The notes: a model not told the origin generated them from the sequence alone. Positions 25,960 through 39,465 are shown, numbered from the stretch's first letter. The stretch is DNA of 63,921 nt from Chiloscyllium plagiosum (GCF_004010195.1 NC_057720.1:32910961-32974881), one strand, 5' to 3'. Program-made: numbers and translations.

Positions 25960-27355
25960 AGGTTAAATAGGTGGGCAAAAGTTGGCAAATGAGTATATAT
26001 CAGAAAATGTGAAGCTGTTCATTTTAGAAGGGAGATCATAAGAACACCATTATTTAATGGAAGAAAAGCTGCAGAATGCTGTAATACAAGGGGACATGGA
26101 GGTAGTTGTATATGAAACACAGAAAACTGGCATACAGGAGTGGCAGGTAAACAGGAAGGCCAATGGAATATTGGCTTGCATTTCAAGCAGCTTGGAGTAT
26201 AAGAGTAGAGAAGTCTTTCTTTTTGCAACTGTAAAAGGTGATGGTGTGACCGCATCTAGAGTACTATGAGCAGTCTTGGTCTCCTTATTTAAGGAAAGAT
26301 ATTTTATTGGAGGCAGTTCCGATACGATTCACTGGGATGATCTCCAGGATAGAGAGGTTGTCTTATTAGCAAAGATTAAAAAGGCTGGTACTCTATTCAT
26401 TGGAGTTTAGCAGAATGAGGGATTATCTCCTTGTAACATATAGGATTCTTAAGGTACTTGACAGGGTAAATGCTGAGAGGATGTTTCTCCTCATGACAGA
26501 GTCTAAGGCCAAAAGGCAAAATTTCAGAATTAAGGGACACCAATTTACAATTGAGATGAGGAGGACTTTCATCCCTCTGATTGTTGTAAATTTGAAATCT
26601 CCTTGCAACAGAGAGGTATCAAGGCTGAGATATATACATTCTTGATCAGTGTGGAACCAAAGGTTATGGGGAAAGGGCAGGAAAGTGGCCATGAGGAATG
26701 TCGAATTAGCCATGATCATATTGAAGGGAGGAGCGGGCTAAAGGGACTGAACTGCCTCTTCTTGTTCCGATTTATGATGTTCATGTGGTCTAATATAAAC
26801 CTTCATCGGGCACTAAAGAAAATGACTGGTCTCAGGATGAAGGAAGGTGCTTTGACCATAGTCATTACTTGACACGTCAGTATACTGCAGCAACACAATG
26901 TAGTGTTGCATTATTACAGGATGGTGCTGCATATATATTTTTACTGGAAATGACACATCCTGGAAAGGTGACTAATGAATAAGCAATTCCTACTTTTTCC
27001 AGACCTTGATATCTTACTATCTGAAAAGGAATTGAAAGAAACACATTGTCCCAGCTAAATATCCATTGTTCTTGAACAACAAACCATCTGGACCAAACTG
27101 AGTTGAGAAATTTAGGCAACACATCCTAAATCAACTTGTCAGGCATGGCCAAAGCTAAATATTGAACTCCTCAGAAACTCTACCATACCTTAGACCTAGC
27201 AACACAATTTGACACAACGTCTTTTCACTCAATGTGAAGCAGAGGATGAATCAGATATTCAAGACTTCAAGTGCAGAATACAGTAATTGAAAGCAAGAGT
27301 GGCATGATAAAACTGATGCAAACACATCTCCCATCTTTAAAAATAATATTTTTTA

Positions 27356-27695
27356 ATTCATTCCCGGGATGTGCGTGTCACTGGCCAGGCCAACATTTCT
27401 TACCCATGACTGTTTGTCCAGAGGGCAGGTAAGTGTCAGCCATTGTGGGTTTGGAGTCTCATGTTAGCCAGACCAGGTAAAGATGGCAGCTTCCTTCCTT
27501 AAAGGACATTAGTGAACAAGTTGAGTTTTTCTGATAATCAACAATGGTATCATGGCCATCGTGAGACTCTGAATTCCAGATATTTATTGAATTTGAATTC
27601 AATCTGCCATGACAGGATTCAAGCCTGGATCCTCAGAACATTACCTGGATTAATTTACTAGTCTATCAATAATACCACTGGACCATCACCTCCTC
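27356..27695 (-). mobile_element. tRNA-derived SINE (family 2), near full length
   Basis: Reverse complement of the 22171 family. The tail ttcattcccgggatgtg..gccaggccaacatt matches the 3' end of the second LINE family. Confidence 0.75.
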
Positions 27696-29204
27696 TCCAG
27701 TTCACCCACTGCAAGTCTTCTAACAATTCCACAGTCAACAGCTATACATCATCAATGATGCGAAATGATGAGTTAATACATTCATTGGACAAGCAATCCA
27801 GAAATGCTGGATAATGTTTCCACCATGGCAGCTGCTAGAATTTGAATTCAGTTAATGAACATAGATTTAAAACTCATCTGATGATGACTAGGAGACTTTT
27901 CCACACTTAACTCTCCTTCCCACTCTGCACTACCTGGCTCTCCCTGCTCTTACCCTCTAATGTTGTGTAAATGGGATACCATTTGGTACTTGCAACACCA
28001 TTGGTTGGTATGTTTCAGTATTTAGCACTGAGTGCTGAATGAAAAGTCTGTTGTTATTAGACCTTCCTCCCTTGGGATGTTGAAAATTCAATTTCAATTT
28101 CTCCAGACCAAAATTGATAAAATAACTTTTGAGATTCCCACCAGATTTGATGGATTGATGCCCTGGAGATTGTTTATTTCTTTTCTCAGATTGGCTTGCT
28201 CTTGGAGAAATTGTAACATTATCATTTAATGTAATTGCTACCATTGTTTTGCAGTGAAAATCTCTTTTGTTGGATGTGAGAGATGCTGGATATGTTCTGT
28301 CCTTCAACCCATCCCAATGTAAGCTGTACTTCAGTTTATAGGAGGCTTTCCAGGATCCTGCCAATAACTAACACATGTTGAAATAAAATGCAAGGAGGTG
28401 AATAACTTGCTAAGGATCACATTTAATTTTCTTTGTTCACACTTCATGAAATAGCCCACACTAAAGTGATTTAAGAATGTGAGTCTCAAAGATAATGTTG
28501 AACTTTGTATTTGTTAAAGTCCTTCTATAATATGAATGCATTAAAATAGCACTGGCAGGGACTTCACCGCTACCCTCTTGCCTGATTTATTTCCAAGGAA
28601 TATTGTATAACATGTATGTAGTGAATAAAAAAGCATAAAATACCTACCTGGACCAGCAGAAAACTAACTCCCACTTCTGATTTGTCCATCCAGTGTTAAT
28701 AACTTCCTCTGGGGAGTTGTCCAGTGGATGGTGTTGAGCCCAAACTTTGCTTTTACTTTGTAGAAGCCCTGTGCTGCTGGCTTCTTGAAGCACAGTTGTT
28801 AGGCAATCTGCTGCAATCCACAGCTAAGAGCAGTGGCCCCGAAAGACCTAGAGCTTTTGCCATTAAAATGTCACTGCCTTCGGCAATGTAAGTTGACCCT
28901 TACCTTGCTGCCGTAAGGTCATCTTTGTTGCTGTTCCCCTGTAACACTTTCCTGAAGAAATACAAATTGTACTGTTGTCATTGAGACTAGGTAAGGAGAG
29001 CAGAATTTCTTTGTTAAGGGACATTAGTGAACCAGATGGGTTTTTATAGCAATCTAATTTGGTTGTACAGTCATCATCAGGCTAGCTTTTCATTTTGGAT
29101 TTTTATTGAAATCAAATTTCACCATCTGCCACAATGCGATTCAAATCCATATCCCCAAAGCATTAACCTAGGGCTATGGATTACTAGTTCAATGACATTC
29201 TTAC

Positions 29205-29530
29205 TGTAGGAAATGAGGCAGCCGGTCTGCATACAACCAGCTCCTGCAGACAACCAACATGCTAATAACCAGATAATCTGTTTTTAGCAATGTTGTTTTA
29301 GGGATAAACATTGGACAGAACACAGTGATAAGTTCCTTCCTTGTCTTTGAAGTAGTGCCACAGGATATTTTAACAACTGCCCAAAAGACCAGATGGTGTC
29401 TCCATTTAACATTTCATTCAAAAGGGAGCAACTCTGACTATGCAGCAACCTCTCCTTACTGCACTGCAGTGTCAGCCTTGTTTTTTTTTTGTGCGATAAA
29501 ATTTCTAGAATGGGCAGATTTGAAGAAGGT
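29205..29530 (-). mobile_element. DeuSINE-like (SacSINE1/AmnSINE1-type) element
   Basis: gggataaacattggacagaacac..ctttgaagtagtgccacaggat and tactgcactgcagtgtcagcc resemble the reverse Deu-domain and head. Confidence 0.65.
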
Positions 29531-30959
29531 AAAGGACTCAACAATTTAGAGTAGAAGGAGATGGAAGAGAACGCAGTGAGATGAGCCTTAGTTTTCAACA
29601 AGAACATTTGTTCTTTTGAACATGAATGCCTAAGTTCAAATACTCTGGTATCTTTTCGAGGCATGGAGAAAGTCATTGATGTCCCACTCATTTTGGTTTG
29701 ATTTGAATTTGGGGTCTGTGTTTTGAGAATGCAATAGTAATATTGTATCAGTCAATCTCTGGACTAAAAAACTTAAACTATATGCCATAAATATTCAACT
29801 CTCTCCATCCAAATGCAACACTGCTGTTCTTCATAGTAATAATGTTGTATAATGTCAATCATTACAGTTTGGCTTGCTTGAATATACTTATTATTCTTTG
29901 CTTGGCATATTTTAATTGCATCTTTCATTCTCTTTTTCTCTTGTCATTGTCAAAATTACAAACGAGGGAGGATTAGAGCAAAATCCTGAGGTCTAACATA
30001 TTAACCTTGAGAATAAATTGTTGATGCTCTATCCAAGTCTGTATTGATTTAGTTTCAATATTTCTGCCATTATGCATTTTTAAAAAATGGCTTAAACGTT
30101 ACTTGCTGCCTCTCTGAATTATCTTTGATTCAACTTTGTTTTGACTCACCGAATTCCAGCAGACAATCCACTATTGAAGAGCAAACTCTCTAATTTAATG
30201 AGAATAATTACAAGTAGTTTGGGTAAAGTAAAAGATAACAGTGCAGGTGTTTATATTGAGCACTAAAGTTTAATTTCAAAAGTTGAAGAATGCAAGTTCG
30301 GCTTCCGTAGCTTCCTGGTCCCATCTGTTCAAATACCTATTCAAAACACTTTAAGCCAGACTCGGTTTCCGGACAGTACCTCATGCCATCTCAGTGGTAG
30401 TTTTGGAGTTGCTGGATGCTTGCTTTCTGAGCAGCAAAGGTTTCTGGTTTGAGTTAATTGAGAAACAGGTACAATGTTTGCGTATGTGGAAAAATGGATT
30501 AATTAAAATACCAGTCTGCTCAATTAAGTACATAAAAATATAAACTCTGAACCATTTGTAATGTACACAAAGTACAGACATACAAATATTTGTGGGTCAA
30601 GACCTAATTCAAAACTGAGTCTATTCATTGGGTGTGTTCACAAAGCGGACTCAAGTTTCTTTTCAATGTGTGGCAATTTGCACGTTATCATAATCTAAGT
30701 ACAAATTAATTTAGAAAAAAATGTAAAGAAGGGAATGCATTGTACTTGTGGCACTACTTCAAGTGGCAAGTCCAATTATTGTGAAGATTACTGTATATAG
30801 AAAATTCAGTGATTAGGAATCCTCACTCAATCTGTTTCTGAGGCAGACAACAAGCCATTAGTAATGCTTGCTTGTTGCTTACATTATCAATGTAATGTGT
30901 GATAATAATTGTAACCAGAGAAAATTTATGTTTTTGAAGGGTATGCTTTTGAAATTATC

Positions 30960-31285
30960 AGGAGCTTAATATCGCTTTGAGCTCAAAAGTTCAAGTTGAG
31001 GCACTACAGGGCCTCATACCAAGGCAGTGCTACATGATCAGATGTGCTGTCTTCCAGATAACACTTTAAATGAGAAGCCATCTGCTTGCTCTGGTGATTG
31101 TAAATCATCTGATGGCACAATTTGGAAAAGAGCAGAGGAGCTGTTTCTGGTGTCCAGTCTAATATTTATTCCTCTATCATTATCATTGAAAAGTGACTAT
31201 TCTTTGAAAAAGTACTTAATTGGCTATAAAGCGCTTCGAAATGATGTGATTGTGAAAGTCATTATGCAAATACAAGTTTGTTGAG
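30960..31285 (+). mobile_element. DeuSINE-like element
   Basis: atggcacaatttggaaaagagcagaggagctgtttctggtgtccagtctaatatttattcctc (Deu-domain-like), with an L2-type tail aagcgcttcg..gtgaaag..aaatacaag. Confidence 0.65.
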
Positions 31286-31605
31286 TGGCAATAGTGCCCA
31301 GCGTGAAACATAACCATAGGATTTGGTATTCCTTTGCACATGTCGATGATTAACTGGTAACAAAACATTGGGAACATTCTCATCATATATTGTCTGGAGG
31401 AATGTCCGTTCAAGAGACAAACTATAAATATAATTTATAGTTATCTTCAGTCAAAGTTTTTAAAGAAAATTTTGCTGTAATGTTAATCAGGGCAGAAAGG
31501 TAATTCTTCGCATAAAATGTAGTCTGGTCTGTTTTATTTATGCCTGTACTTAATACACACATCTCCAGATGTTGAAAATTTGAAATGAAAACATAGAATA
31601 CTGGA

Positions 31606-31998
31606 ATTTAGGCCTATTATCTCTGGAATTTAGAAGAATGAGGGGAGATCAAATTGAGGTTTTCAAGATGATAAAACCTGTGGATAAAATAGACGTGGAG
31701 CGGCTGCTTCCTCTGCAGGGGCATTCTAGGACAAGAAATAAGGGGTATCAGATTTAAAACAGAGTTGTGGAGAAACTACTTCTCCCAAAGGATTTTGAAT
31801 CTGTGGAAGTCACTACCCCAAAGTGCAGTGGATGCTGGGACAGTGAGTAAATTTTAAGGAGGAGTTTGACAGATTCTTAATTGGTAGTGGATTGAAGGTA
31901 TGTGAAACGAAGACAGGAAAATGGGAGTGAGGAGGCACCATCTGATTCGACTCAATGGGCCAAATGGCCCAATTCTGCTCTTCTATCTTATGAACTTA
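31606..31998 (+). mobile_element. CR1 3' end inserted into an old PLE pLTR remnant
   Basis: LEFRRMRGDQIEVFKM to the 3'UTR. The flanks join as an inverted pLTR: cagatgttgaaaat..tactgga | gaaactcagcaggtctg. Confidence 0.75.
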
Positions 31999-32319
31999 TG
32001 GAGAAACTCAGCAGGTCTGATAGCAGCATCTGTGGAGGGAGAAACAGAGTTAACAGACTGAAGCTTACCTTTGTTAGCGAAGTGTGAGTTGCGTGGGTTT
32101 TTGTTTTGGAGTGGGGGTTTCTCACTGTGAGCAAAGTTTCTCACCATTTCTTACCAATCTTGCCTCTTAGCAATCTACCCTGCCTCTATGTTGTCCCTTG
32201 CATCCGATTCTACTGCCAGGATATCTTGGAATGGAAAGACATCTCTGGTGCCAGTCCCAACTTTAAAAGCCCATTGTAAAGCCTTGCATGCTTCCCAATA
32301 TTTGACCCGAATACATTCA

Positions 32320-32440
32320 TTCCCGCTCTCGCGCTCTCATTCTCACTCTCAATCTTGCTCTCTCTCTCTTGCACGTGTGCTCCCTCCCTCTCTTGTGCGT
32401 GTGCGCATGCTCGCTTGCTCTTGCTTTCTCTCACTCTCTC
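32320..32440. repeat. Degenerate (CT)n microsatellite
   Basis: ctctcgcgctctcattctcactctc...ctctctctct. Confidence 0.8.
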
Positions 32441-32710
32441 ACAAAATAAAATCAGCATTCCAGGTAGGATCAGAGTGGGTGAGTGAGTGAACAGGCCAGT
32501 GAGAAAGCTAGGTCCAGTCCAAAAGTTGGATGTGTCTCCTTACCAGTGCAGCATCCTGTAAGTCAATCAGAAATCTGACATGAAGGTTGCTAGAGGCTTG
32601 TCAACTACCACTCTTTGTGGACTTGTGTTGAATGTGGCTGGTCCACATGCAGCCTGCCTGAGATGTTGATACCCAATGCCCAGCATTGAAGTCCTTTAGA
32701 GAAAGCAATA

Positions 32711-32930
32711 CAGTAGTCCCCTCGTACCCATGTGGGATATGTTCCACGACCTACTGCGGAAGCCCGAAACCGCGGATAGGAGCAAACCCATTCAATTAAA
32801 TGGGAAACATACCTTCCCGGCAGCCTCCTGGTCCCTGGTTCCAGAACTTTCCATATAATATGTTCCAGCTGCAATAAACCACTGGTAACTGAAATCGTGG
32901 AAAACAATTCTGCAGATACGGGGTCGTTTG
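32711..32930. mobile_element. Tigger-like MITE
   Basis: TA|CAGTAGTCCCCTCGTACCC ... GATACGGGGTCGTTTG|TA with imperfect TIRs and an internal gaaaccgcggata / aactgaaatcgtggaaa. Confidence 0.7.
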
Positions 32931-33379
32931 TATTTTAAATTTGCCAGGTACCCATTCTGTCACAGATTCTTGAAATCTTGTCCAGTGCACTTAAGACAGA
33001 AAGCGGCGTATTAATGAGGCAATTAGTGGAATTCATAACATGTATAACAAGCTACGATTCCCCCTTAATTGACAACTCACCCCTACTTCATATGAAAGTA
33101 ACTACATCGCTCCGCAAATATATAAAAATAGGCAGTGGGTTTCTCCTAACATCAAGGTGGGTCTTGCTGCATTTCTCACAATTCTGCCAGAAGTCTTACC
33201 ATAGCTCATATTGTTCAAGCCTTAAGATTCCATTATACATTTAGAATCTGATATGACTCGTCTGCAGGACTGGAAGGGGTTAGGAAATTATGGAGAAGCA
33301 AGTAGTACAGATTGTGAGGGTGCCCAGAGCAAAAGACAGACAGAAATGTAAAATAGGTATAAATGATAGATGTGAAAAG

Positions 33380-33690
33380 GAGAGACTGGGTCAGCTCATG
33401 CTTGCAAGTGTTGAACTGAATGTTGAGACTTGAAGGCTGTCAAGTTCTTTCATGGAAAGAAGGTGTTGTTCCTCAGGTTACTTTGGGTTTCATTGGAATA
33501 CTGCAGCAGGTTAAGGAAATATTAACATTGTAGCAAGAATGGCTTTTTCAAATGGCAAAGTACTGAAACATCAGGGCCATTCTTATGCACAAAGTAGTCA
33601 CCTAATTTGTGTTTGGTCTCCTCAACATAAAGAAGGCCACATTGTGAGTGATAAATGCAGTAGACTAGACTGAAGAATTACTAGGTACAC
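33380..33690 (-). mobile_element. Old PLE GIY-YIG remnant
   Basis: Reverse strand reads LVYCIYHSQCGLL..GDQTQ and ends with acagccttcaagtctcaacattcagttcaac, similar to 63330-63620. Confidence 0.6.
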
Positions 33691-34374
33691 CAAACTCATT
33701 ACCTGCAGGGGTTAGAGGCACAGACCTCCCCCAGATATTTCTTAAATGCATGTATTGCCACAATATAAATCTACCCATCCATCAGGTGATCAGGCCAGAC
33801 AAGTCAATGGAGAAAAATGAAGATGGGGTCTGGGGCCAACCTTGCAGATGTGTGAGTAGTGAGAAGTGAGTGTAAAGCGCTACTTCATTGGCGGGTGTGC
33901 TAAGGGCCTTGAGCATGAGGAGGTGATAGAGCAGTTGTTGCACTTCTTGAAATTGCATGGGAAGGTGCCATGGGAGAGTGATGAAAGCGAGGATCAGAAC
34001 ATCATGGAAAAAATGGCCACTGAGCAATACTGATGTTGGGGAAACTTTTGGTATAAATGAAATTTTATGATCTTGAAATGATATAGATCTGCCTTAGCAA
34101 CTGGATATTATATGATGTATTGAAGGCTAAAATATTCTTTTCTTATGAACTAATGGAGAAGATTCAGTCAGCCATGCCATTTGTGATCCTCTAACATCTA
34201 AATATAAATTTTGATTTTGACCGTCAAATAAAAGTATAATCAAGATGCTTTTGGTTCTGAATGTTTGCTTTTTATTCTTGTTCCAAATCTGTATCTTTTC
34301 TCTTTCTGTCTGTTTCTCAGAATGCTCTTAGGAAGCTCCTTATTTTGTATATGGGAAAATGGCATGAAGATAGA

Positions 34375-34790
34375 TGATAACAGTGGAGGAGAGGTGGGTC
34401 ATTTAGCCCTTCGAGTCTGGTTGGCCATTCAATGGGATCATTTGCTGATCTGATCATCCTCAACTCCACTTTCCTGCCGTACCCATGTTAACCCTTGATT
34501 CCCTTATTAAAAATCTGTCTCCTCGTTCTTCTTAGCTCCAATGAGTAGTAGTCCAAACTACTTAACTTCTCATTAAAATCACTTCATATCCAGAATCAAC
34601 CTTGTGAACCTTCTCTGGACTGCCTAAAGTGCCATTGCTTTCCTTAAATTAGTGGACCAACACTTCACAGTATTCTAGCTGTGGTCTGACTAGCTCCTTG
34701 TATGATTTTAGCCAGACCCCTCCCCCTCTATTTTTATACTCCAGCCCCCATCTTCGACTGGTTAGCCAATCTTCTATCCATGATTAACTG
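34375..34790 (-). mobile_element. CR1 3' fragment
   Basis: ccttgtgaaccttctctggactgcc..cacagtattctagctgtggtctgac is the reverse of the RPQLEYC...VQRRFTR region. Confidence 0.7.
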
Positions 34791-35717
34791 TGAGTAGGCT
34801 GTACAGGCCGAATGGCCCATACCTTCTTTTATCTCTGTTATACATTTCTGTTTGCTTCAACATTGTCTATTACCTGAATTTATCCTGTTTTCTGTTTCCT
34901 TTCTGTTGTGTACATGTCAAAGAGATCAAGTTTGTTGAAATCGTGTTAATTTATAATATAACACTTTTGCTTGAGGTACACCGTAAAGTGCAGGCTGGAA
35001 GCACGTAATTGTGTTGATTGACCACTAGCTCTGTGGGCTTGATGCAACTTGGCAGCAAAACTGGGTGTGGTGATACTGGAGAAAATTGGGATGATCTTTG
35101 AGGCCTGGTTGGCACATGCTAAAGGGACTGTGTAAGAATGGGTGACTGTTTCTTGACCAGGGCTTGGAAGTGAAATCAGTTTGCTTTCTACTATCCTTTC
35201 TATCATGTGCAATCATTATGGAAGCGCTGCTGAAGTAAATAAAATTCCAGATTTACGTAATCACTTTTTTTAAACCTTGTATCTTTCTTGTGTCCAAAAT
35301 AAATAAATAGACAGCTAAGGCCCTTGATTTTATTAATTGCAGCAGTAGGTAATATATTTAGCCAGACAGAAAAGTGGCAACATCTCAATTACCACAGACT
35401 GGAAAGATACAAGCTGCAGGAATATCTTTAGAAAAGTTCTGATAAACTTAGACACTAAGTAAAACTCCAGTCACAAAGTGAAAATGGCTGACTTGTTATA
35501 TTAATTTAATGGATGTGGTTAAGTTCTGCACATTCATGATATTTTAAATGTTTTTGGCAGGGTTTTAAAAAGGTTCCCAATGTTTTGTTGAGCATTTTTG
35601 TGACACTTGGTGCAGAGAAGGAGCAGTCTAGTTGTATTATTAGTGTATGGGAATGTACAATCGCTGCTGGTATAGACCGTCCAGTTTTCTTTTGACAGAT
35701 GGTTTTATATTTGGCAT

Positions 35718-37428
35718 TGAGAGTGTGGTGCTGAAAAGCACCACAGGTCAGGCAGCATCTGAGGAGCAGGAGAATCGACGTTTCAGGCATAAGCCTTTCA
35801 TCAGGAATGAGGCTTGTGGGGCAAGGGGCTGAGAGATAAATGGGAGGGGGCTGAATTTGGAGGTAAGGTAGCTGAGAATGTGAAACGTAGATGAAGGTGA
35901 GAGAGAAGGTGATAAGTCGGAGAGGAGGGTGGAGCGGATAGATGGAAAAGTTGATGGACTGGTCAGGAGGGCAGTGTTAAGTTGGAGGCTTGGGACAGGG
36001 ATAATGTGGGGGGGAGGGGAAATGGGAGAACTGGTGAAATCCACATTAATCCCATGTGGTTTCAGGGTTCCAAGGTGGAATATGAGGTGTTCTTCCTCTA
36101 GGCGTTAGGTGGTAAGGGTTAGTGATGGAGGAGTCCCAGGAACTTCATGACCTTGATGAAGTGGGAGGAGGGATTTGAAGTGTTCAGCCAAGGACCGGTG
36201 GGATTAGTTGGTGCAGGTGTCCAAGAGATGTTCTCTGAAACAATCTGCAAGTAGGCATCCTGTTTCCCCGATGTAGAGGACACCACATCGGGTGCGTTGG
36301 ATACAGTAGAGGACATGGGTGGAGGTATAGGTAAATTTCTGTTGGATGTGGAAGAATCTTATGGGGGATCCAATTTCACCTGAAGTCCCAGATGGCCTCC
36401 TCCTTCCACGATCACAATTTCCCTTCCCACGTGCTTGACGATGCCCTCCAGCGCATCTCCTCCACTTTCCTCACCTCCACCCTTGAAACCCACCCCACCC
36501 AACACAACAAGGACAGAACCCCCCTGATCCTCACCTTGTACCCCACCAACCTCTGCATACATCACATCATCTTCCGCCACTTCCACCACCTACAAACAGA
36601 CCCCTCCAACAGACATATTTTTCCCTCCCCACCTCTTAACAGCATTCCAGAGAGGCCATCCCCTCTACGGGTCCCTCGTCAGATCCACAACCCCACCAGT
36701 CCACACCCCATTCCCGGCATCTTCCCCTGCCACCGCAGGAAGTGCAAAACCTGCGTTCGCACCACACCCCTCACCTCTGTCCAAGGCCCCAAAAGATCTT
36801 TCCACATCCGACAGAAATTTACCTGTACCTCCACCAGTGTCGTCTACTGTATCCGTTTCACCCAATGCGATCTCTACATCGGGGAGACAGGATGCCTACT
36901 TGTGGATTGTTTAAGAGAACATCTCTGGGGCACCTGCACCAACCGCCTGTGGCTGAACACTTCAACTCCCCCTCCCACTCCACCAAGGACATGGAGGTCC
37001 TGGGCCGCCGCCACCACCAAAACCTTACCACCTGACGCCAGGAGGAAGAACCTCCTCATATTCTGCCTTGGGATCCTGCAACCACATGGGATCAATGTGG
37101 ATTTCAACAGTTTCCTTATTTCCTCTCCCTCCCATATTATCCCAGTCCCAAGCCTCCAACTCAGTACCGCCCACCTTTCCCATCAATCCACTCCACCCTC
37201 CTCTCCGACCTATCACCTTCGCCCTCACCTTCATCTACCTATCACATTCTCAGCTACCACCCTCCCACCCATTCATCTCTCAGCCCCCTGGCCCACAAGC
37301 CTCATTCCTGATGAAGGGCTTATGCCCAAAATGTCGATTCTCCTGCTCCTCGAATGCTCCTGCTGTGCTTTTCCAGCACCACACCCTCGACCCTGATCTC
37401 CAGCATCTGCAGTCCTCACTTTCTCCTA
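35718..37428. mobile_element. Neptune-type PLE: ~650 bp inverted 3' copy (35718-36371, -) plus direct copy (36372-37428, +)
   Basis: Direct copy encodes the Cys linker PCHRRKCKTC and GIY-YIG VVYCIRFTQCDLYIGETG, then the pLTR. TSD gttttatatttggcat (35702-35717) / gttttatgtttggcat (37429-37444). Confidence 0.92.
35772..35809 (-). ncRNA. Hammerhead ribozyme (family A), intact core
   Basis: CAUUC-CUGAUGA-A-AGGC UUAU GCCU-GAAA-CG-UC-GAUUC. The partner on + (37303-37340) has GAAA changed to AAAA. Confidence 0.78.
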
Positions 37429-38099
37429 GTTTTATGTTTGGCATATGGATTTATTTTTTAAAAATCTGTTTCTGAGGAAGATAAAAAAGGGAGGGACAGA
37501 AGTTAGTTTACCGATGCTGTCTATTAAAGTAGATCTTGATTCCAAGTTTCAAATGTAAGTGTTTACAAGGACTTGACGGTTCAGTGATGTCAATGAATAT
37601 CATCTTCCTGAAAGAAGTGCAATATTACACTTTTTTTTAATCTAAAGATATCTATCAGCATTTATTTTGCTACAGTTTTTGTTAGTTATAATAATTGCAG
37701 ATTTGAGAGAAAAGTAAACTTTGATTTTGCATTGGGATAGGTGGCAACATTGGACTTGATTTTGTCCAATGTTACATGTAATACGGGAGATAGTATTCCA
37801 TTTAAAATTCAAATAGCTCAACAACCAGGTTGATATACAATTGTGCTTCGGTGATATTGGGTTGCAGTACACAGAATACAGATATCCTGGTGACAAAATA
37901 TGTTAACTTTCTATATTAGGTGTTTCTTCTTAACAAAGCTTGTTTGGCAAGTGTTCAGTATATTTTTCATGAATACTGTAAATCAAAAACCATGTTATGC
38001 TGTTATTGCTTATATTATATTACAGAAAATGAATTTTTTAAACATTTGTGATAAATTACATTGCTTTTTGTGTCCTATACTGATTATTTGCACCACATC

Positions 38100-38470
38100 C
38101 ACAAATAGTCACTCCCTCCACTAACAGACAACAACAATAGTACCATTTGCAAGATGTACTGCAAATATTCACCAAGGTTTTATAGACAACACCTTGCTAA
38201 CTGCTTCCATCTCGGTGGACAAGGGCAGCAGCAGCACAGGAACACAGTCACCTGCAAGTTCCCTTCCAAGCCACTCAGTATCCAGACTTGGAAGTATCCT
38301 TCATTGTTGCTTGATCAGAATCCTGAAATTTCATCCCCAGCAGCATTGTGGGTGTACCTGGACAAATAAACTGCTGTGGATCAAGAAGGCAGCTCAACAT
38401 CACTTTCTCAAGCAATTAGGGATGATGAACAAATTGTGGTCTGATTAGTGAAGTCTAAATCCCTGAAAAA
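38100..38470 (+). mobile_element. 3' end of the second LINE family
   Basis: cacctgcaagttcccttccaagccactc..tcaagaaggcagctcaacatcactttctcaagcaattagggatg. Another copy lies at 39240-39465. Confidence 0.7.
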
Positions 38471-38699
38471 ATTTGAAAAGTAACAGTTTGACCATGTCAA
38501 TAAATTATACCTGAATAGGATCTGCCTTATTAGGTTAGTAACTGGTTGATGTCTGAGTTCAGCCAGCAACACCATGCTTCTACTGAATGGACCTTGAGAC
38601 ACTAAAAGATATTCACAGCATTTTCCAACTGTCTTCTCCAACCATGATTCAGTTGGTAGCCTGCTGTCCCTCAGGCAGAAGATTTGTTGGTGCATATTG

Positions 38700-39020
38700 C
38701 ACCGCAGAAGCTTGAAGACATTATGTAAGCTAACATTCCAGTATAGAACCAAATAGTTGCTGCAGTGAGGTGTTAAGTGTAAAATATCTCTAGTTGCTAC
38801 TCAAAGCAGAGCAGGAAGTTTTGGGTGTCCTGCCCGATATTTATCCTTTGGAAAAAACATAAAAACAAATTATTCTGTCAGTAGCACGCTATGGAACCTT
38901 GTTTGACACAAATTAATGTTTCCTAGATTATGATGGTGACCACATTTCTAAGGAATTAAGGAAATATTTTGCATGTTCTAGGGATTGTAAAAGACCAAGC
39001 ACAATCGAAAACCTTTCTTT
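38700..39020 (+). mobile_element. Degenerate DeuSINE-like element
   Basis: aaagcagagcaggaagttttgggtgtcctgcccgatatttatcc (Deu-domain-like). Confidence 0.5.
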
Positions 39021-39239
39021 TGCTATCCTTCCATCTGTTGACACTCTTTCTTCAGCATGCTGTTTTGTCATCCATCCATAGCTTTTCCAAGTCTCCCCAA
39101 CTCTAGATGCTGCAAGCAATGCTTGCTGATACTATTGTTTTATGTTTGTAACTTTGCTTAGTCATTTGAAACACCTTTTATCCAGCAGCCTGGCAGATTT
39201 TTCCTGACAAAGATCAGGTCGCACACTACTTTATAAAGA

Positions 39240-39465
39240 ATTCCCACCCAAGCCACTCACTGTCCAGATTTGGAAATATATTGCTGTTCGTTCAGTGATT
39301 CTGGGTCAAAGTCCTGGAACTTAGTTCTTAATGGCATTGCACTACAGCGAATGGGCTGCAGCAGTTGAAGAAGGCAGGTCACCAAAACCTTCTCAAAGCC
39401 AACTAGGGATGGGCAATAAATGCTGCTCAGCCAATGATGCCCATATCCTCTAAATGATTTTAATA
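39240..39465 (+). mobile_element. 3' end of the second LINE family
   Basis: Ends caactagggatgggcaataaatgctgctcagccaatgatgcccatatcc. Confidence 0.75.

Larger units (their letters stand above)
23255..26790 (+). mobile_element. Long decayed CR1 LINE (APE endonuclease, RT, 3'UTR), host to three later insertions
   Basis: EN motifs (TREPAILDLIMGNE; gatcataa = DH), gggttccatagggatcagtgttaggacca (GVPQGSVLGP-like), and a 3'UTR ending tttatgatgttcatg. Confidence 0.88.
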
